From NCBI RefSeq assembly GCF_006345805.1, contig NC_043005.1, positions 62,806,001 to 62,870,000 of the forward strand: a stretch of 64,000 nt of DNA, in the 5' to 3' direction. Position 1 is the stretch's first letter. The number at the start of each line of letters is the position of its first letter. Under the pieces are notes generated by a model. The model worked only from the letters and a program-made list of their open reading frames with translations, was not told the origin of the DNA and made no database searches. This document shows, piece by piece, positions 39,211-53,049 of this stretch. The position numbers and the translations under genes were made by a program. Source of the stretch: Octopus sinensis. Its lineage: Eukaryota.

Positions 39211-40424
39211 CTTACTTTTCAGTCTGAAGGTTAATTCTAATATTGCCTAATCCTTTTCTAAATTCAATTAGTAATCAATTACCTTGTGATGTTAGACAGA
39301 AAAACTATACATCCTCATCAATCCATATTTAAATAAAGATAAACTTATGCCGATAATACGCACATAGTGTCATAACAATGGCAATATGGAAAAGTGAATG
39401 TTAAGAGATAATGATACGCACACAGTATAATCAATACATACACACATAAAAGTTCTTAGAATTATACATTTAAGCACATTCACACTTATGAATATGAAAC
39501 ACGAAACAAATATGAACATGCAATTTGATGGTCTTAGTCATGTATATTTATCTTGATAGGCAAACATAATGATAAATATATGAAGCCTTTGGAAAAACAC
39601 ATTTACATATGTACCTGCATAGTTATTTATGATACACAAATACATGCCCGCATAAAAACAAATGAAAAATATAAAGATATCCTCACATCAACAAGCATAT
39701 AGCTAAAAATATGCATACAAATATATAGTAGTGCATATTTACACAAGATGTAACTTATATAAAAATGCAGGTATACCTGGATAGTACAAAGTATTATCTA
39801 TAGATCTATGTAATGTGTTACATAGATCTGTGTAATGGTTTATTGATGTGTTTTTTATATTTATATCTTATAATGGTACAGATAGTATTGTCACTGATGA
39901 TTTTCAGGTTTGATGAGGTGCAAAAGACATTGGAGTGACATATGTAGAACTGGTATGGATGAGTCAGATATAGTTTATGGTACATTTTGTATACAATAAG
40001 AGAACTATGTAAATGCTCAACCCACTTACTATAGCAACCAAACTTCCTTAATATATTTTTTGCTTTTGGTTTCGAAATACAAAAATATTAAGCTTTAGAA
40101 ACATATTCTTATTAGCACTCTACTGTATCATATACCCACCATGACACTTCATAAACTGCAATTAGCCATTGTACAACAAAAAGATAGCTTTATTTTTGTT
40201 TAATTTCAGTATAGGATGGTAGCATAGCAAGCAAGAGGTGTCAACAATCTTTACTAAACAAAATCTTAGACTGCAATAAAAAACATTACTTACAATAACA
40301 AAATGCTATGAAGTTGTTAGTAAAGTTAACAATTGATGACATAGGACAATAATAAATTGTGAAATAATTTCTTCAAAATATTTCCTCATAATATTGTATA
40401 TAATATAGTTACTTCAACAATCAG

Positions 40425-41215
40425 CATCATCATTGTTTAACGTCTGTCTTCCATGTATGCATGGGTAGAATGGTTGACAGGAGATGGCCTGGTCGAAGAC
40501 TACACCTGGCTACTGTGTCTGTTTTGGCAGGGTTTTTATGGCTGGATACCCTTCCTAACACCAACCTCTCCGCAGAGTGGACTGAGTGCTTTTTATGTGG
40601 CACCAGCACAGGTGAGGTCAGTTTTGGCATGATTTTTACAGCTGGATGCCCTTCCAAATACCAAACACTTTACAGTGTAGACTGGATGTATTTCACATGG
40701 CCCCAACACTGGCTGGGTCACCAAGTAGTTTTTAAGACAAAGAATTTTGAGAAGGGAGGGGGATTTGAAGAGGGGATCATGGTCAGATGATGAGGTTAGA
40801 GTGTGACAAGGAGACAGAAACAGGTGTCTTGCTATAGAGGAGAGGGCATTGGAGGAGGATATCCAGTGTCAGATGATAAAAGGTTAGAGTGTGACAGAGA
40901 AAGAGGGAGGTAGAAACAGGTGTCTTGCTGTAGAGGAGGTATATGGTTACCTGGCCAGAGAGAGAGGAGAGAGTGAGAGAGAGAAGAGAGGGAGAGGAAG
41001 AGAGAGGAGTGAAAGGAAGAGAGAGGGAAGGGCAAGAGGGGGAGAGAGGTACAAGAAAGAGGACAGAAACAGGTGCGCTGATGTAAAGGAGATAATTAGC
41101 GAAAGGGAAAAGCAAGGGCAGGAGAGAGAATGATCGAGAATGAGGGTAGAAACAGGTGTACTGCTGTAGAGGAGATACATGGTTACCCAGCCAGGGGGAA
41201 GAGCAAGAGGGAACA
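40425..41215 (-). mobile_element. RTE 3' UTR remnant with GA-rich tandem units
   Basis: catcatcattgtttaacgtc...gctggatacccttcctaacacc (RTE tail), then four copies of agaaacaggtg..(t)gc(t).tagaggag, as also seen at 10140-10260. Confidence 0.75.
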
Positions 41216-41562
41216 ATCTGATACAGAATCTAAAACAGAAATTTATCGATCATATTGACAAAGTCATTCTTGCGATATTTTTAGAATAAAAATAAATATT
41301 TTCTAAGCCCTGATAGATTCTTGAGATCTGGTAATTAGCTCTAGTTTTATTGAACGAAGCCTATAGATCGAATGTCAATTTATCCCAACTATTCCCAGAC
41401 GATACGATACTTACTCTTCAAACCTAGGTGCACTGAAGCAATGAAAAATAAAGCATTTTTACTCAGATACACATTGAAATATTTGCAGCTGATGTGAACT
41501 CACTATTTCTGAGCAGTTAACCTGATACATTTCTAAAATCAAAATCTAATAAAGTAACTTAC

Positions 41563-41627
41563 TTGATATTGTTATATGGACTCCCCAAAATAATAACCTG
41601 TTCTATTATAAAAGCATCCTGCCAGCT
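41563..41627 (-). CDS. Weak candidate exon (65 nt): SWQDAFIIEQVIILGSPYNNI
   Basis: Donor CAA|gtaagt, pyrimidine-rich acceptor ending gatatag, open frame. Could be chance. Confidence 0.25.
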
Positions 41628-42317
41628 CTATATCAATGTGATACAAAGTATACAAAAGAAAAGCAACAACTATGTTCAATTCATGAAAGGTTTTATTGTA
41701 TGAAGGATTGAATGTCAATCTATCCAAAATATAATTCCCAGATGATATGGGACTTTTTCCCAAATGTTAGATCCACTGAGGCAGGCAATAAACTAAAGCA
41801 TTTTCAACTAGATATACATTGAACTACTGTATCTAAAAGACACATACAAATTTATATATTTATTATCAGAGTTCCAATCTATGTGCCAACTAGCCCATAT
41901 CAAAAGATGAATGAATTTGAATTCTCTGAAAGTGAATACTACTCCAAGATACACAAACTTCAAATAAACATTGGAGTTGTAAAGATGAGGGTCTCAAAAA
42001 CCTTCATGAAACTTAGGGGCAATGTACATCCTTCATTTAACTTTCTATTCTATAACATAACTCCATAATATATGACATCTATGCTAACAGATGACCAATT
42101 TTAGATTGTATAAATCAAACCTAGTAAAAAATGTGTATGATGCACAGATTGAAACTCATATATGCATGTAAGCATCTGTAATGTTACTCATAGGACTACA
42201 CAATATATTAATCTGTTCAATATTTTTAGTCTGTAACTAAAAGGTTTTCAGGATATCGTCTACTCTGCTCCACCCCACTTCCAAACACACACACACACAC
42301 ACACACACACTCATGCA

Positions 42318-42356
<39 letters not shown>

Positions 42357-43833
42357 CATTTTGTGAAACTCTTCATTGAAAAATCAAGGAAATCACATAT
42401 CAAAATAAAAAGACTCATTATTAAAATAGCATGCATTTTCTGTAAGGTCAATATCTTCAATAAAAGTGTATTTGTATGCGTGTTTGTTTCCAGATGTAAA
42501 TAAAAAAATGAATAGAATTTAAGTGCAATATAGTTAGAAACTCTCTATCAACATGCAGAGTTGCACCTCACTGTGTAGAAACTGAATATAAATCCATTTA
42601 ATAGAATGTGAGATATTAGATTAAATACCATGCTTTTAGTAAGGAGCTTTATCCCAAAGAGAGAGAGAGAGAGAGAGAGACTTGTGTATTTTTCTGGAAA
42701 TATACCATTTCAGACAATTCAGTTTTAAGATTTGTAAAGCATTCAGCCACATCCTTGCAAAGACTGTTTTATAACAAATTACTTTCTTTCTTAATCATTG
42801 TGTTCTTTATAGTGCAATGTTTAACTTGAATTCTGTGAAAGGTAAAGAGAGAGAAAAATAACATTAACATGATTAGAAACAATCCTTTCATTCAGAAATT
42901 CTCTTGAAAGACATTTTTTGAGAAATAATATAACAGTTTCCATGGCTAGAAATCAATACTAATGATCAATCCCACTTCCTAACAAATGTTATATTTCGTT
43001 GATTTTTCTTATTCAAAACTCAATTGATATTTTACCTTTTTTATTGCTATTGTTGAAGAAATAATTTATGTGTGGTTATTTTTCATACAATGACATTTTT
43101 ACACTATCTTTTTACTTTTTGTTGTTGTTGTTTATAGAGGAACTGAAAGAATCAGTAGTAATATTTAAAAAAAAATCATTTCCTTCATATTATCAACTAA
43201 TTCAATGAATACAAATGCTGCAGAACTGTTTTCAACAATAGGCATGTATAAAATAAAGTGCAATAAAATAATAACAGATTGAGTTATCATTCAGACTGGA
43301 AATATCATTAAGATGATATTCAAGTTGGTATAAGTGTTTCTCCATTGCAGGGGAACTTGAGTTATCAGTCATTGGGCTAGTGTAAACCTGAACTGAAGTA
43401 GAGAAAGCACAAGGAATGCTTAAGGAAGCCACTCATAGAATACACTAATATATGATGAGCCTATGTAGAGATCCAATGCAGTCACTTAAATTGCTTAAAA
43501 CAGCAAACAAATCAAAACTCAAAATATTAAAATTAGAAGGACACACTGGAATATTTTGTCTGAGATATACACAACTAAATGGTGAAAGCTAGAATGACTT
43601 TCATAATAGTTCTACTTGACATGGCAAACATTAGGTTCAACAACAACAACAACCAAAATAAGAACCAGTAAGGATGTCGCTGTATGGTTCTCAACTTACT
43701 AAAAATAGCAACCAAATATCCTTTAAGCTATATCCATCTTTTAATAAAGAAGAATGTATAGAGGATAATGTAGTCAAAGACAATATTCTGGAAAATAAGA
43801 GGGTCATTGCTGAAATTCTTTTTATCAATATAA

Positions 43834-44249
43834 GCGCAGGAGTGGCTGTGTGGTAAGTAGCTTGCTTACAAACCTCATGGTTCCGGGTTCAGTTCTACTG
43901 CGTGGCACCTTGGGCAAGTGTCTTCTGCTATAGCCCTGAGTCGACTAATGCCTTGTGAGTGGATTTGGTAGATGGAAACTGAAAGCCTGTCGTAAATATG
44001 TATATATATACATATATATGTATGTGTGTGTATATGTTTGTGTGTCTGTGTTTGTCCCCCTAGCATTGCTTGACAACCGATGCTGGTGTGTTTACGTCCC
44101 CGTCACTTAGTGGTTCAGAAAAAGAGAGTGATAGAATAAGTACTGGGCTTACAAAGAATAAGTCCCGGGGTCAATTTGCTCGACTAAAGGTGGTGCTCCA
44201 GCATGGCCGCAGTCAAATGACTGAAACAAGTAAAAGAGTAAAAGAGTAA
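43834..44249 (+). mobile_element. Near full-length tRNA-derived CORE-like SINE
   Basis: A/B boxes, ggcaccttgggcaagtgtctt centre, internal (TA/TG)n, (aaaagagt)n tail; paralogous to 32063 and 60511. Confidence 0.9.
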
Positions 44250-45299
44250 TGGTTTGGTGAGTCAGAGCCAACCTGGGACCAAACCACAACAAACAAAATA
44301 CTCAGTTGTGTATCATTTACTGGAGGAGAGGATAAGAGGACTTTTCAATAAATCAATTCAAGTTTTTTCTTAAATATTTATCTTCACTCTTGTTATTCTG
44401 TTATATTTGATTTAATAATTTATTGACACCAAACAACTTAATAACTTATTGACACTGAAAAAATTAATATAAGTATGAAACATTGATTTCTTCCTTCAGC
44501 ATAGCTCTGAATGTTGTAATGGATAGAAAAGCCAATTGAATTAATCTCAGTATTTGCTAGTATCTACTACAAAGTAATGAAAGACAAAGTCAATTATAGT
44601 GAGATGTGATTTCAGAATGTTGACAGATGGGGCTGAATACAATAAATCATTCAGTGCAGTACCTCACCAATTCTGCCAAATATCTATCAAATATGGGAAT
44701 AAAGTACTAATTATAGATTATGTCTATATCAATATATATATGTGTATAATATTAAACTGTATGAACTGTATTAGTTATCTATTTAATTAATTGGGTTTTG
44801 TGAAGGAAGGTGTCACTCTCCAATTACTGGTCTAAGAATACAATTGTAAACTGCTATAAGGACAAATGAGAGTCACTGGTAAAAGTTACATTGGCTGCAC
44901 ACTAATATATTTAGATATGAAAGTCTTTATACATTAGTATGATACATAAATGTAGCAAAATTAATACAGAGTTGGGTTAGCTTGAATAAGATGACCTTTA
45001 GATATCAAATTGTTTCACTTGAAGTGAAGATGAGATCTTAGCTAAGAACAAATAACCATGTTTTACATTCATTTGATATTGAAAGACCTTTAACAGGGCT
45101 ACTCATCCTATTCTGTGTTAATGTGTTGTTATGTTGTAGTAACTGTCCAGTAAGGCAGTATGAGATGCCTTTCAATCCCCTTAATATATCTTCTTCCTGT
45201 AATTTCTGATTATAATCAAATTTAAAGAGGCATGAACTTTTCTTTAGTACTCTACATAAAGTAGACACCTTTGCAATTCATTAAGATTTGTAAGTTTAA

Positions 45300-46040
45300 A
45301 TGGCCAAATCAACAGGGTATTGAGTAAACCAGTACAGCTTCTATACAAACAGACTCACTTGCAATTAACTCTCTTCAGTCACCCACTGGAGGGGTCTTGC
45401 CTTAGAGAAATTTGATAAAAGCAATACTGTTGCTCTAAATATCAGCAAAGCTTGCAACCATGTTTTACATGTAAATCACCTATTGAAATTGTCCACCTTT
45501 AGAATATAACCTTGTCACATCGTTTTGAAGCAGTTCTTCTGATCAGATCATATCATATCATCATGATGTCTGCTGATACAGTTATTTATGCCTCACTTTC
45601 AATCAACTCTGATGTTTGGTTTTAAGCCTCACACTCTTCTATGTGTATATCATTGACATATTTGCAGTCATGTCAAATAATACACACTTTTATGCAGATG
45701 ATACAACCGTGCATCAATCTAGGCACTATATTCCAAATTTGCATGGATTCCATGAATAGAGACCTAAAAAGCAGTCTCCAGAAGGCTCATGCCAATCTCA
45801 TCCCTTTTCACAACAAAAAAAAGTAAGAACAAAAAACATCATTACATAACAAAAGCCTTCAAATGTTAATCTGTGTTATCACTGAAGATGTCTCCTAGGG
45901 AAAGCATGTCCTTAACATAGAACTGAATTCCAACAACAGCTCCTTTTCTTCAAGGTCAGGAAATATTTCAGTGCCCAACAATTGCTGACACTATAAATAT
46001 ATTGGTCTTCCTTGCTATGGTGATGCAGAGCCTGATCTCA
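45300..46040 (+). mobile_element. Crack/CR1-group LINE RT remnant
   Basis: VALNISKACNHVLH (motif LD.SKAFD.V.H) at ~45428-45470 and HFYADDTTVH at ~45684-45713. Confidence 0.7.
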
Positions 46041-48439
46041 GCATGAATTTGAAAGCAGGTTTGCAACATCATATTACTTCAAATATCCACCATCAGTTGA
46101 TTATCTTACTCAACTCTGAAGGATCCTACAATATTATATTTGCATCTGTTATTATGTGTGCATATCAAAATATAACAGTTACTACTGACCGTTTCACAAA
46201 AGTATTTCAGTGCTGGATGGAAAATCAATGGCTTGCACTCAAACACTGAAGCTGTACTGTCACTAAAATGTAGCTCAGTCAGTCTAGCTATAAACTTTGA
46301 TTTGAAATCAGTTTATACACCCATCTCTCTGGAAAGTTATTGCCATCTATACATTGCTTGCTACAGCATCACAGTATGATTAATGAGAATGAGGAAGATA
46401 TCTTATTGTTCCTTTCTATTAAAGTATACCAGTAACTATTAATATAAACATGTATATTTACATACAAAACTAAAGCATTTTTCATTCAAGTGACTCCTTT
46501 TGTATATAAAAAAAAAGGTAAACATTTTCTTTAGATCTCTTTCAAAGTTTGGAAAATTGTATTAATTTTGAAAAATGGTGAATTATAAAAATTTTATCAG
46601 CAATTGCAATTTTTTTTACTATTAAGTACTTGTTTTGAGATAAAGAAGCAAATACATACTGAAAATATATAACTGAAGCACAAAAGTGGGGGTGGGGTGC
46701 ATATGAAAATATTTAATCCATTCTGTGTTTGCAATTTTATATTGTTCCAGTATATTAGAAAAGTTAGGAACCTCTCCAAAAATATATATTCTGACAACTT
46801 TTACTTGAAACTTTGGAATCTATTTTCTGAACTATAAAAATAATGACAATATACCAATAATATGTTTTGATGCCACAATTTCTTACATTGAATCATTTTT
46901 TTTTAAGGATACTTTTAAGAAATTTTTCTAGCTGCATGTTTTGCTATAAGTTCTTCTCAAAAATCAAAATGTATTATAACTTTATTCCCTGTAAAACTAA
47001 GTGTATATCTGATTTAGGATGAAAACCTATTCTTGCAATGAAGATTGTTTTCAGTTAAGCTTAAGTTAATGAGACTATGATATAAACTGAATTCTCAAAA
47101 TTTGAAGTTTTCTTCAAATCTCTTTACATACTCTCAGTTATACACCTCATAATGTATAATGAAATGAAACTAATCTCTGCAACTGAGCTATGTGTATTTA
47201 ATCTAAAAAACAGATTTCCTCGTACACAATGAAGTGTAATGCAAATTTCATTCCAATTGCTTTATGTTAAAGCAGTCTAGAGAAATTGCAGGTAATATCT
47301 TACAATGAGAGATGCTACAATACTAGCCTCAAAGAAAAGATGGCAAAAAAACCAATAAGGGACTTTTCTAATACATGTCAGTATAGGAAAATAAACATTA
47401 AGCATTGATAAAGAGGATGATAGTGGTAAACAGAATCCTTTGTATATAACAGGCTGTGTAAAAAAGGAATATGTTTAAATTTTGTATTACAAAACTAAAA
47501 TATGTTGGATTTCAGGAATGTCAAAGTCTAAATCAGTAAATTGCTTAGATACTAACATGGGATCACACACTTTTATCAACATGGGTTATAAGTCAAAACA
47601 ATTTTAATGACAGGCCTAATTATGTTTCTGCACAATAGACTAAATATTTTATGTATTCTAATGTATTAGATAATTTAGAGCACTCATTTTATGTTACTTC
47701 TGGAATATGAAACAAAGTAACAATTACAACCATTTCCGAATGGGGTGTGATTTGAGGGAGATTAAGCTGCCAATTCTAATGGGTCAAGGAAGCCTCCAGG
47801 CAAATCCCAGTTTACTGCTGTTGAATAATTTTACTTTTTGTCTAGATACAATGAAAATGTATGAGGTATATTTAATTAAATTTTCTCTAGTGTGGAACTG
47901 GTACTTATTCTTTTTACTTATGATAGATAGATAACAAAGGCAGTAATGATAATGACTCAAAGTCCATGTAACAAGGTTCAAAATTAGATGTATTAACTAA
48001 TAAATTTTGACCATAGTTTTGCTATTATTTCAGTACAAAGAACTCTGTGTTGCCTGGTTATTGAATACATAGAAATAGTTCTTTTGTTTGTTAAATTAAA
48101 TCTCTTAACTAATTGTAAGTCTTTACATAATTCTTTTAGTGTCTAATTAAATTTGCATATACATTATCTAAAATGTAATATTTAAAAGACTGATAGATAC
48201 AGAATAATACATGAAATATTTTATAAATATAAAATTCAAATATGAAACAATTAAAGAAAACATTATTATTTAAATTTCTTAACATTCTGTTGGTAATTTT
48301 CGAAGTCAAATACTCAGTCCTATAATAATTGAGAAGAAAATACTTAAAACTTTGAAAGGGTTAGTTTATTGAAATGATAACAAGATATTTATATATTTCA
48401 AGATTATCATAAAAGTACATTATTAATACAGAAAAGATT

Positions 48440-48640
48440 AAGGTGGTGAGCTGAAAGAATCATTAGCATGCCAGGTGACATGCTTAGTGGCATTTCATCT
48501 GTTTTTATGTACTGAGTTGGCTTAACTTGTCGCCCTTTTGGGGTTGATAAAATAAGTACCAGTTGAGCACTAGGGTAAATGTAATTCACTTACTCCTTCG
48601 CTGAACTTGGTTTTGTGCCAAAATTTGAAATCATTATTAC
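48440..48640 (+). mobile_element. Meta-domain-like SINE
   Basis: ggtgagctgaaagaatcattagcatgccagg...cccttttggggttgataaaataagtaccag, with attatt tail. Confidence 0.65.
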
Positions 48641-48814
48641 AGGAAAGATTTAGTTTTTCTTTTTACCGTATACAGTTATCTTTACAAGAAGTAATGTAGT
48701 GCATGTGTGAATGCTAAATCATCATATGATAATAACTAGACAAATAAAACAAGATAAACACAAAGAAAGCAATGTGAAGATGTTAATAATATAATTGGTA
48801 CAGCTGAGGGGTAT

Positions 48815-48845
<31 letters not shown>

Positions 48846-51619
48846 AGAGACACACACACATATTTGGTCATATAGGACTTCTTGTTTCAGTGGGAGAAGG
48901 GCTGATCAGTCCAAAGTCTTACACAAATCAAAACACAAATATGAATCTCAAACAGAAAGTTTTTCATCAAATGACAGCATACAGAACAAATATCATATGA
49001 AACTCAAAAAAATATCCTTTCAATTATTGTCCAACATTTTGCCAACAGACATTAGCATGTTTTTGCTTGATATTTAATATTGCTACAATACTTTGTCACA
49101 TTTGGTCTATCATTATTTGTCTGAAGCTACAGAAGAAGTACTCCATAGAAACATGATACAGCTGAAATGATTGCCAAGATACCAGTAATTTATTTGAAGA
49201 CTGACAGTAAATCCTGATTGATATTACTATAGAGTTCAGAGTGAGTATGTTTGGCTATCCTCTGAAATTATACACTCATTGCTACATCAAAGACAAAATA
49301 TCATTCTTCGAAAGTTCTGGGATCTTCTGCAATGAATGAACATAGAATGGAATGTAACAAGAAAGTTAACTCAAAGAAATAAGAGCATTGGCTTAATCCC
49401 TACTCCTGCAGAAAAAAAAGGCAGGAAAAAATTGAAGTAAATTGTCCATAAAGAATTTTGGTAGACTGTTGAACAGAAATTAATTTACTGTCATTGCTAA
49501 TTTGTTGATCTCTTTTGCTTTCTTTGTACAATATTTTTCTTTTTGCTTTGCCCAAATATTCACTACTGTATCATTCAAATTTGGAATACAGTTGTCTCCA
49601 ATTCCCACTTTTATATTCCTATATATATACTTTTATTACAACTGACTGATGAATGGTCATGTGAAATTCTGAGTAACTATTTGTGAAGATTTTTTTGACA
49701 TTAATAAAAGCATATTACTCTATCATTGGTATTCAAACACAAATTTTTTCCACTTTGATTTGCATTTATGCCTTTATTCATGCATATCTGTGTTTGTGTG
49801 TGTGTGTGTGTAGTCATATAAGTCAATGGGGGTCAACTGTATCCCAAATATATACAGACGAGAATATAGAGGCAACACACATGAGAAAAGTAAATCATTC
49901 ACAGTGTAAAATTATAGAGAAACTACTCAAAGGAAACCAAAAGCAATGGGAAAATTTTTTATGTCAAAATATAATTTCAAATATTTGAAAACAACTAATG
50001 AAAGTTATGCTTCTTCATAATTTTTTTGTGTCATAATTTCTTTGTGTCCAATGTTATAAGAACCTCAAAATTAGCTTTGAGAATTTAATTAAGTGCTGCG
50101 TGTGAATTAAAATACCTTAAGGGGGTTTTATAGCATTTAATTCTATTTCAAATTATTACAATAATTAAAATTAAACTATTCATTGCAGTGTTCTTTATTA
50201 GAAGTAGATTTTAAGAGAGAGTAGGGAACAAAATTACAAAGAAACAATCTTAATATTACAAGCTATATAATGAAGGAAATTGCATATGAAAGATGTTAGT
50301 AAATTGTTTCATACATCCGTCCATACTGGTTACATTGTTTCTTTGAAGTAGAAAAAGTAGTATTAAAAGAAGAATAAAAACAGCCATAAAAGCACAATAT
50401 CTTCTTTTGAAGAATAACATATCTGAAAGTGCTTTTTGTTTGACATATTAAATAGTTGCACTTTGTAATAGCAATATTATACCCAAAAGAAATTTATATA
50501 GTTCAAGATGGGAAACCAAATGCAATATTTTCTCGTAAATATGCAGTCTCTATTTTTATGTTAGATATCTATTTATTCTCTACATGTTTATTTCATTACT
50601 ATTCTCTTTAGAAACGCATACATTTCATCATTTTCTAGGGAATGGCATTAGGAGGTAAATAATAAATAAATTATGGCCAACCAAAAAATATAAAAGTATA
50701 TATTCTGGAAATGTAAACACACCTTTTAATAAACCATGAATAAAAATAGACATTATTTTTTAATGGGATGCTATCCATGTAGGAAGTCATTGTATTCAGA
50801 ATAATGTTAACTTATAAGGAAGCCGACAGCCTAAAATAATGAAGAATTAGTTTTTCACTTGTTTGTTTCATTATTAGATTGAAAATCTTTTGTAAAGGAT
50901 TCACGTACATCCCCATGCTTGCTATTAATTTTCTATATAAACAATTAGAATTTTCTTTCAAACTTTAAAATGCAGTCCAGATACTTTCATTACAAAGATA
51001 TATCAATCTTAAATTACTAGATCTGATCTTCCCTACTTCAGTTTAAATTAGTATTTCAAAACATATTTTCCATATCTCCTTATTTTAACAAATGACATGA
51101 ACATGGCATATATTAAAGTAATAGTCTAAGATCAGTAATAATATTGTTTTTATGCTTTTTTCTTCAAAATGTTGAAGGCTCTTTATATATAATTTGAGAA
51201 GTAGGCTGTTGCACACAAGATATCACATGCAATCAACAATAAGATAATAAGAACTAGATTTGGACCCACTGACATGGAAAACTGAGACAATTGGTAAACA
51301 CTGGTCTGAAGCTGAGTACTAAAGTAGTTTCTCCAGACACAAATCACTATAAATTGAACTATTCGTTTTATAAAGGCTATAGTTGTTCACAATAGTAAGT
51401 TACTGTTCCTACTCTGCAGTAACTATTTTCAGTGTAGTGGACTAAGTGAAGTATTATGACTATATATCTATTAGTCAGTCTGTCTGATTGTCTGTCTACC
51501 TATTTACCTGCCTGCCTGCCTGCCTGCCTATCTATCTATATATATATATGCATATGTATTGTCAATGTATCGTATATCCAAAAAAGAAGCACACTTTAAA
51601 ATACAGAGCAGTAAAGTAT

Positions 51620-52443
51620 TAAAGTAATAAAGTTAATGTCTGGTCATAGAGTGAGCAATGGTTTAGTATTCACAAAGGCTGTAGCTTTGTGGACGATTCA
51701 TCAGACTCTAGTCTGAAGCCAAGATTAACTCTTCACCTCTTGGAGGTAGAAAGCCATTATAGTGATTGGTCAATTTGTCATCAGAGAATAAAAAGTTTGG
51801 TGTTAGTGAGAACAGGTTATCTCCCCTAGACGAGCTATTTCTGAACCTGGAGAGGGAAATAAGGGATCTATCTCTTAGGCTGTTATTGGATTGTAAGGTC
51901 TCTTCCAGGTTTAGTCAGTGAACAGGGAATCCCATACTTGCAGCAGGTAGTGTTTGAAATGGAGGCATGGTGTGAAAATTTTTTGGTGAGCATTCAGTGA
52001 CCCAGGTCTCAGGGAATCTTTAAGTACCCTAGCTCACTCAGCTAAGAAGAGCATATGCTTGTGCTTCAGGGTTCCAGAAAGATTATTTGTCTCATCACTG
52101 GCCAGCAATTTTTAGCATCTCAAAAATGAAGAGGCCCCATATGATATCAAGCGGAAGATCTTAAAACAGCCTGGACTCTACATCAGTGAGAGCATACAGC
52201 TAAGCCCAGAAGAGTCCTTATGACCCAATAAAAGCCCAAGAGATAGATCTCTCATTCCTCACTCCAGGAGCAGGACCTCTTCTTCTTTGATGACCAATTG
52301 ACTAACGACCATAACCACTTTCTATCTCCCAGAGGTGAAGTGTTAGTTTTGTCTTCACACTAGAGTCTAATGAGTTGTCCACAAAGCCTTCAAGGGTACG
52401 AAACTGTAGGCCACTATGACCAGACATTCATTTTATTACTTTA
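51620..52443. mobile_element. Old inverted duplication of a Penelope-like 3' region with two damaged hammerheads
   Basis: 51620-51914 is the reverse complement (roughly 75-80% by eye, plus a ~50-bp indel) of 52200-52443; hammerhead skeletons at 51648-51709 (-) and 52362-52417 (+). Confidence 0.65.
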
Positions 52444-52454
52444 AAAATATATGC

Positions 52455-52635
52455 TTGTCGCCAGTGGCACATAAAAGGCCCCACTACACTCTCAGAGTGG
52501 TTGGCGTTAGGAAGGGCATCCAGCTGTAGAAACTCTGCCAGATCAGATTGGAGTCTGGTGCAGCCGTCTGGCTTGCCAGTCCTCAGTCAAACTGTCCAAC
52601 CCATGCCAGCATGGAAAGTGGACGTTAAACGAAAC
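52455..52635 (+). mobile_element. RTE 3'-tail-derived short element
   Basis: gccagtggcacataaaaggcccactacactctc...aggaagggcatccagctgtagaaac...gcatggaaagtggacgttaaacga. Confidence 0.85.
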
Positions 52636-52739
52636 AAAATATATATATATATATATATATACATACATATATATGTATTATATATGTATCTATAATACAG
52701 TACTTGACAAAGACATAGGTGAGGGATGCAGTTGTACAC

Positions 52740-53030
52740 ATAGAATGCAAGCATGTGCTATCACAACCTCAGTTGTGTGCACAGACATTATACTGTTTTG
52801 ATCCTGTTCATCACCAATCATGTTGGACCTTTGTTATCTCCTTGATGAGGCTCCACATCCTAAAATCAATCTTCACCACATCATCCCATAACTTCCTCTT
52901 CCAAAGTATCTGCCAACAGTAAGCGATTAGCACCTTTTTATACAACTAATATTATCTATGTGCATCATATGGCCAAACCAATGCAGTCTTCTCTTTTGCA
53001 TACTATATATGATCCCCTCTATGCCAATTT
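52740..53030 (-). mobile_element. RTE ORF C-terminal remnant
   Basis: Minus-strand peptides SMQKRRLHWFGH and RKLWDDVVKIDFR match RRLRWYG and [13 protein letters not shown] of the 24467 ORF. Confidence 0.7.
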
Positions 53031-53049
53031 TTTTCTTAACACATTTGTA

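Noticed and set aside
39889-39949. tgtca-CTGATGA...tgaca (stem I plus core)
   Set aside because: No stem II, no GAAA and no UH triplet.
51700-51960. Apparent Jockey/CR1 RT motif (TKPGRDLT) on the minus strand
   Set aside because: No supporting RT motifs follow; the region is better explained as one arm of the hammerhead-bearing inverted repeat.
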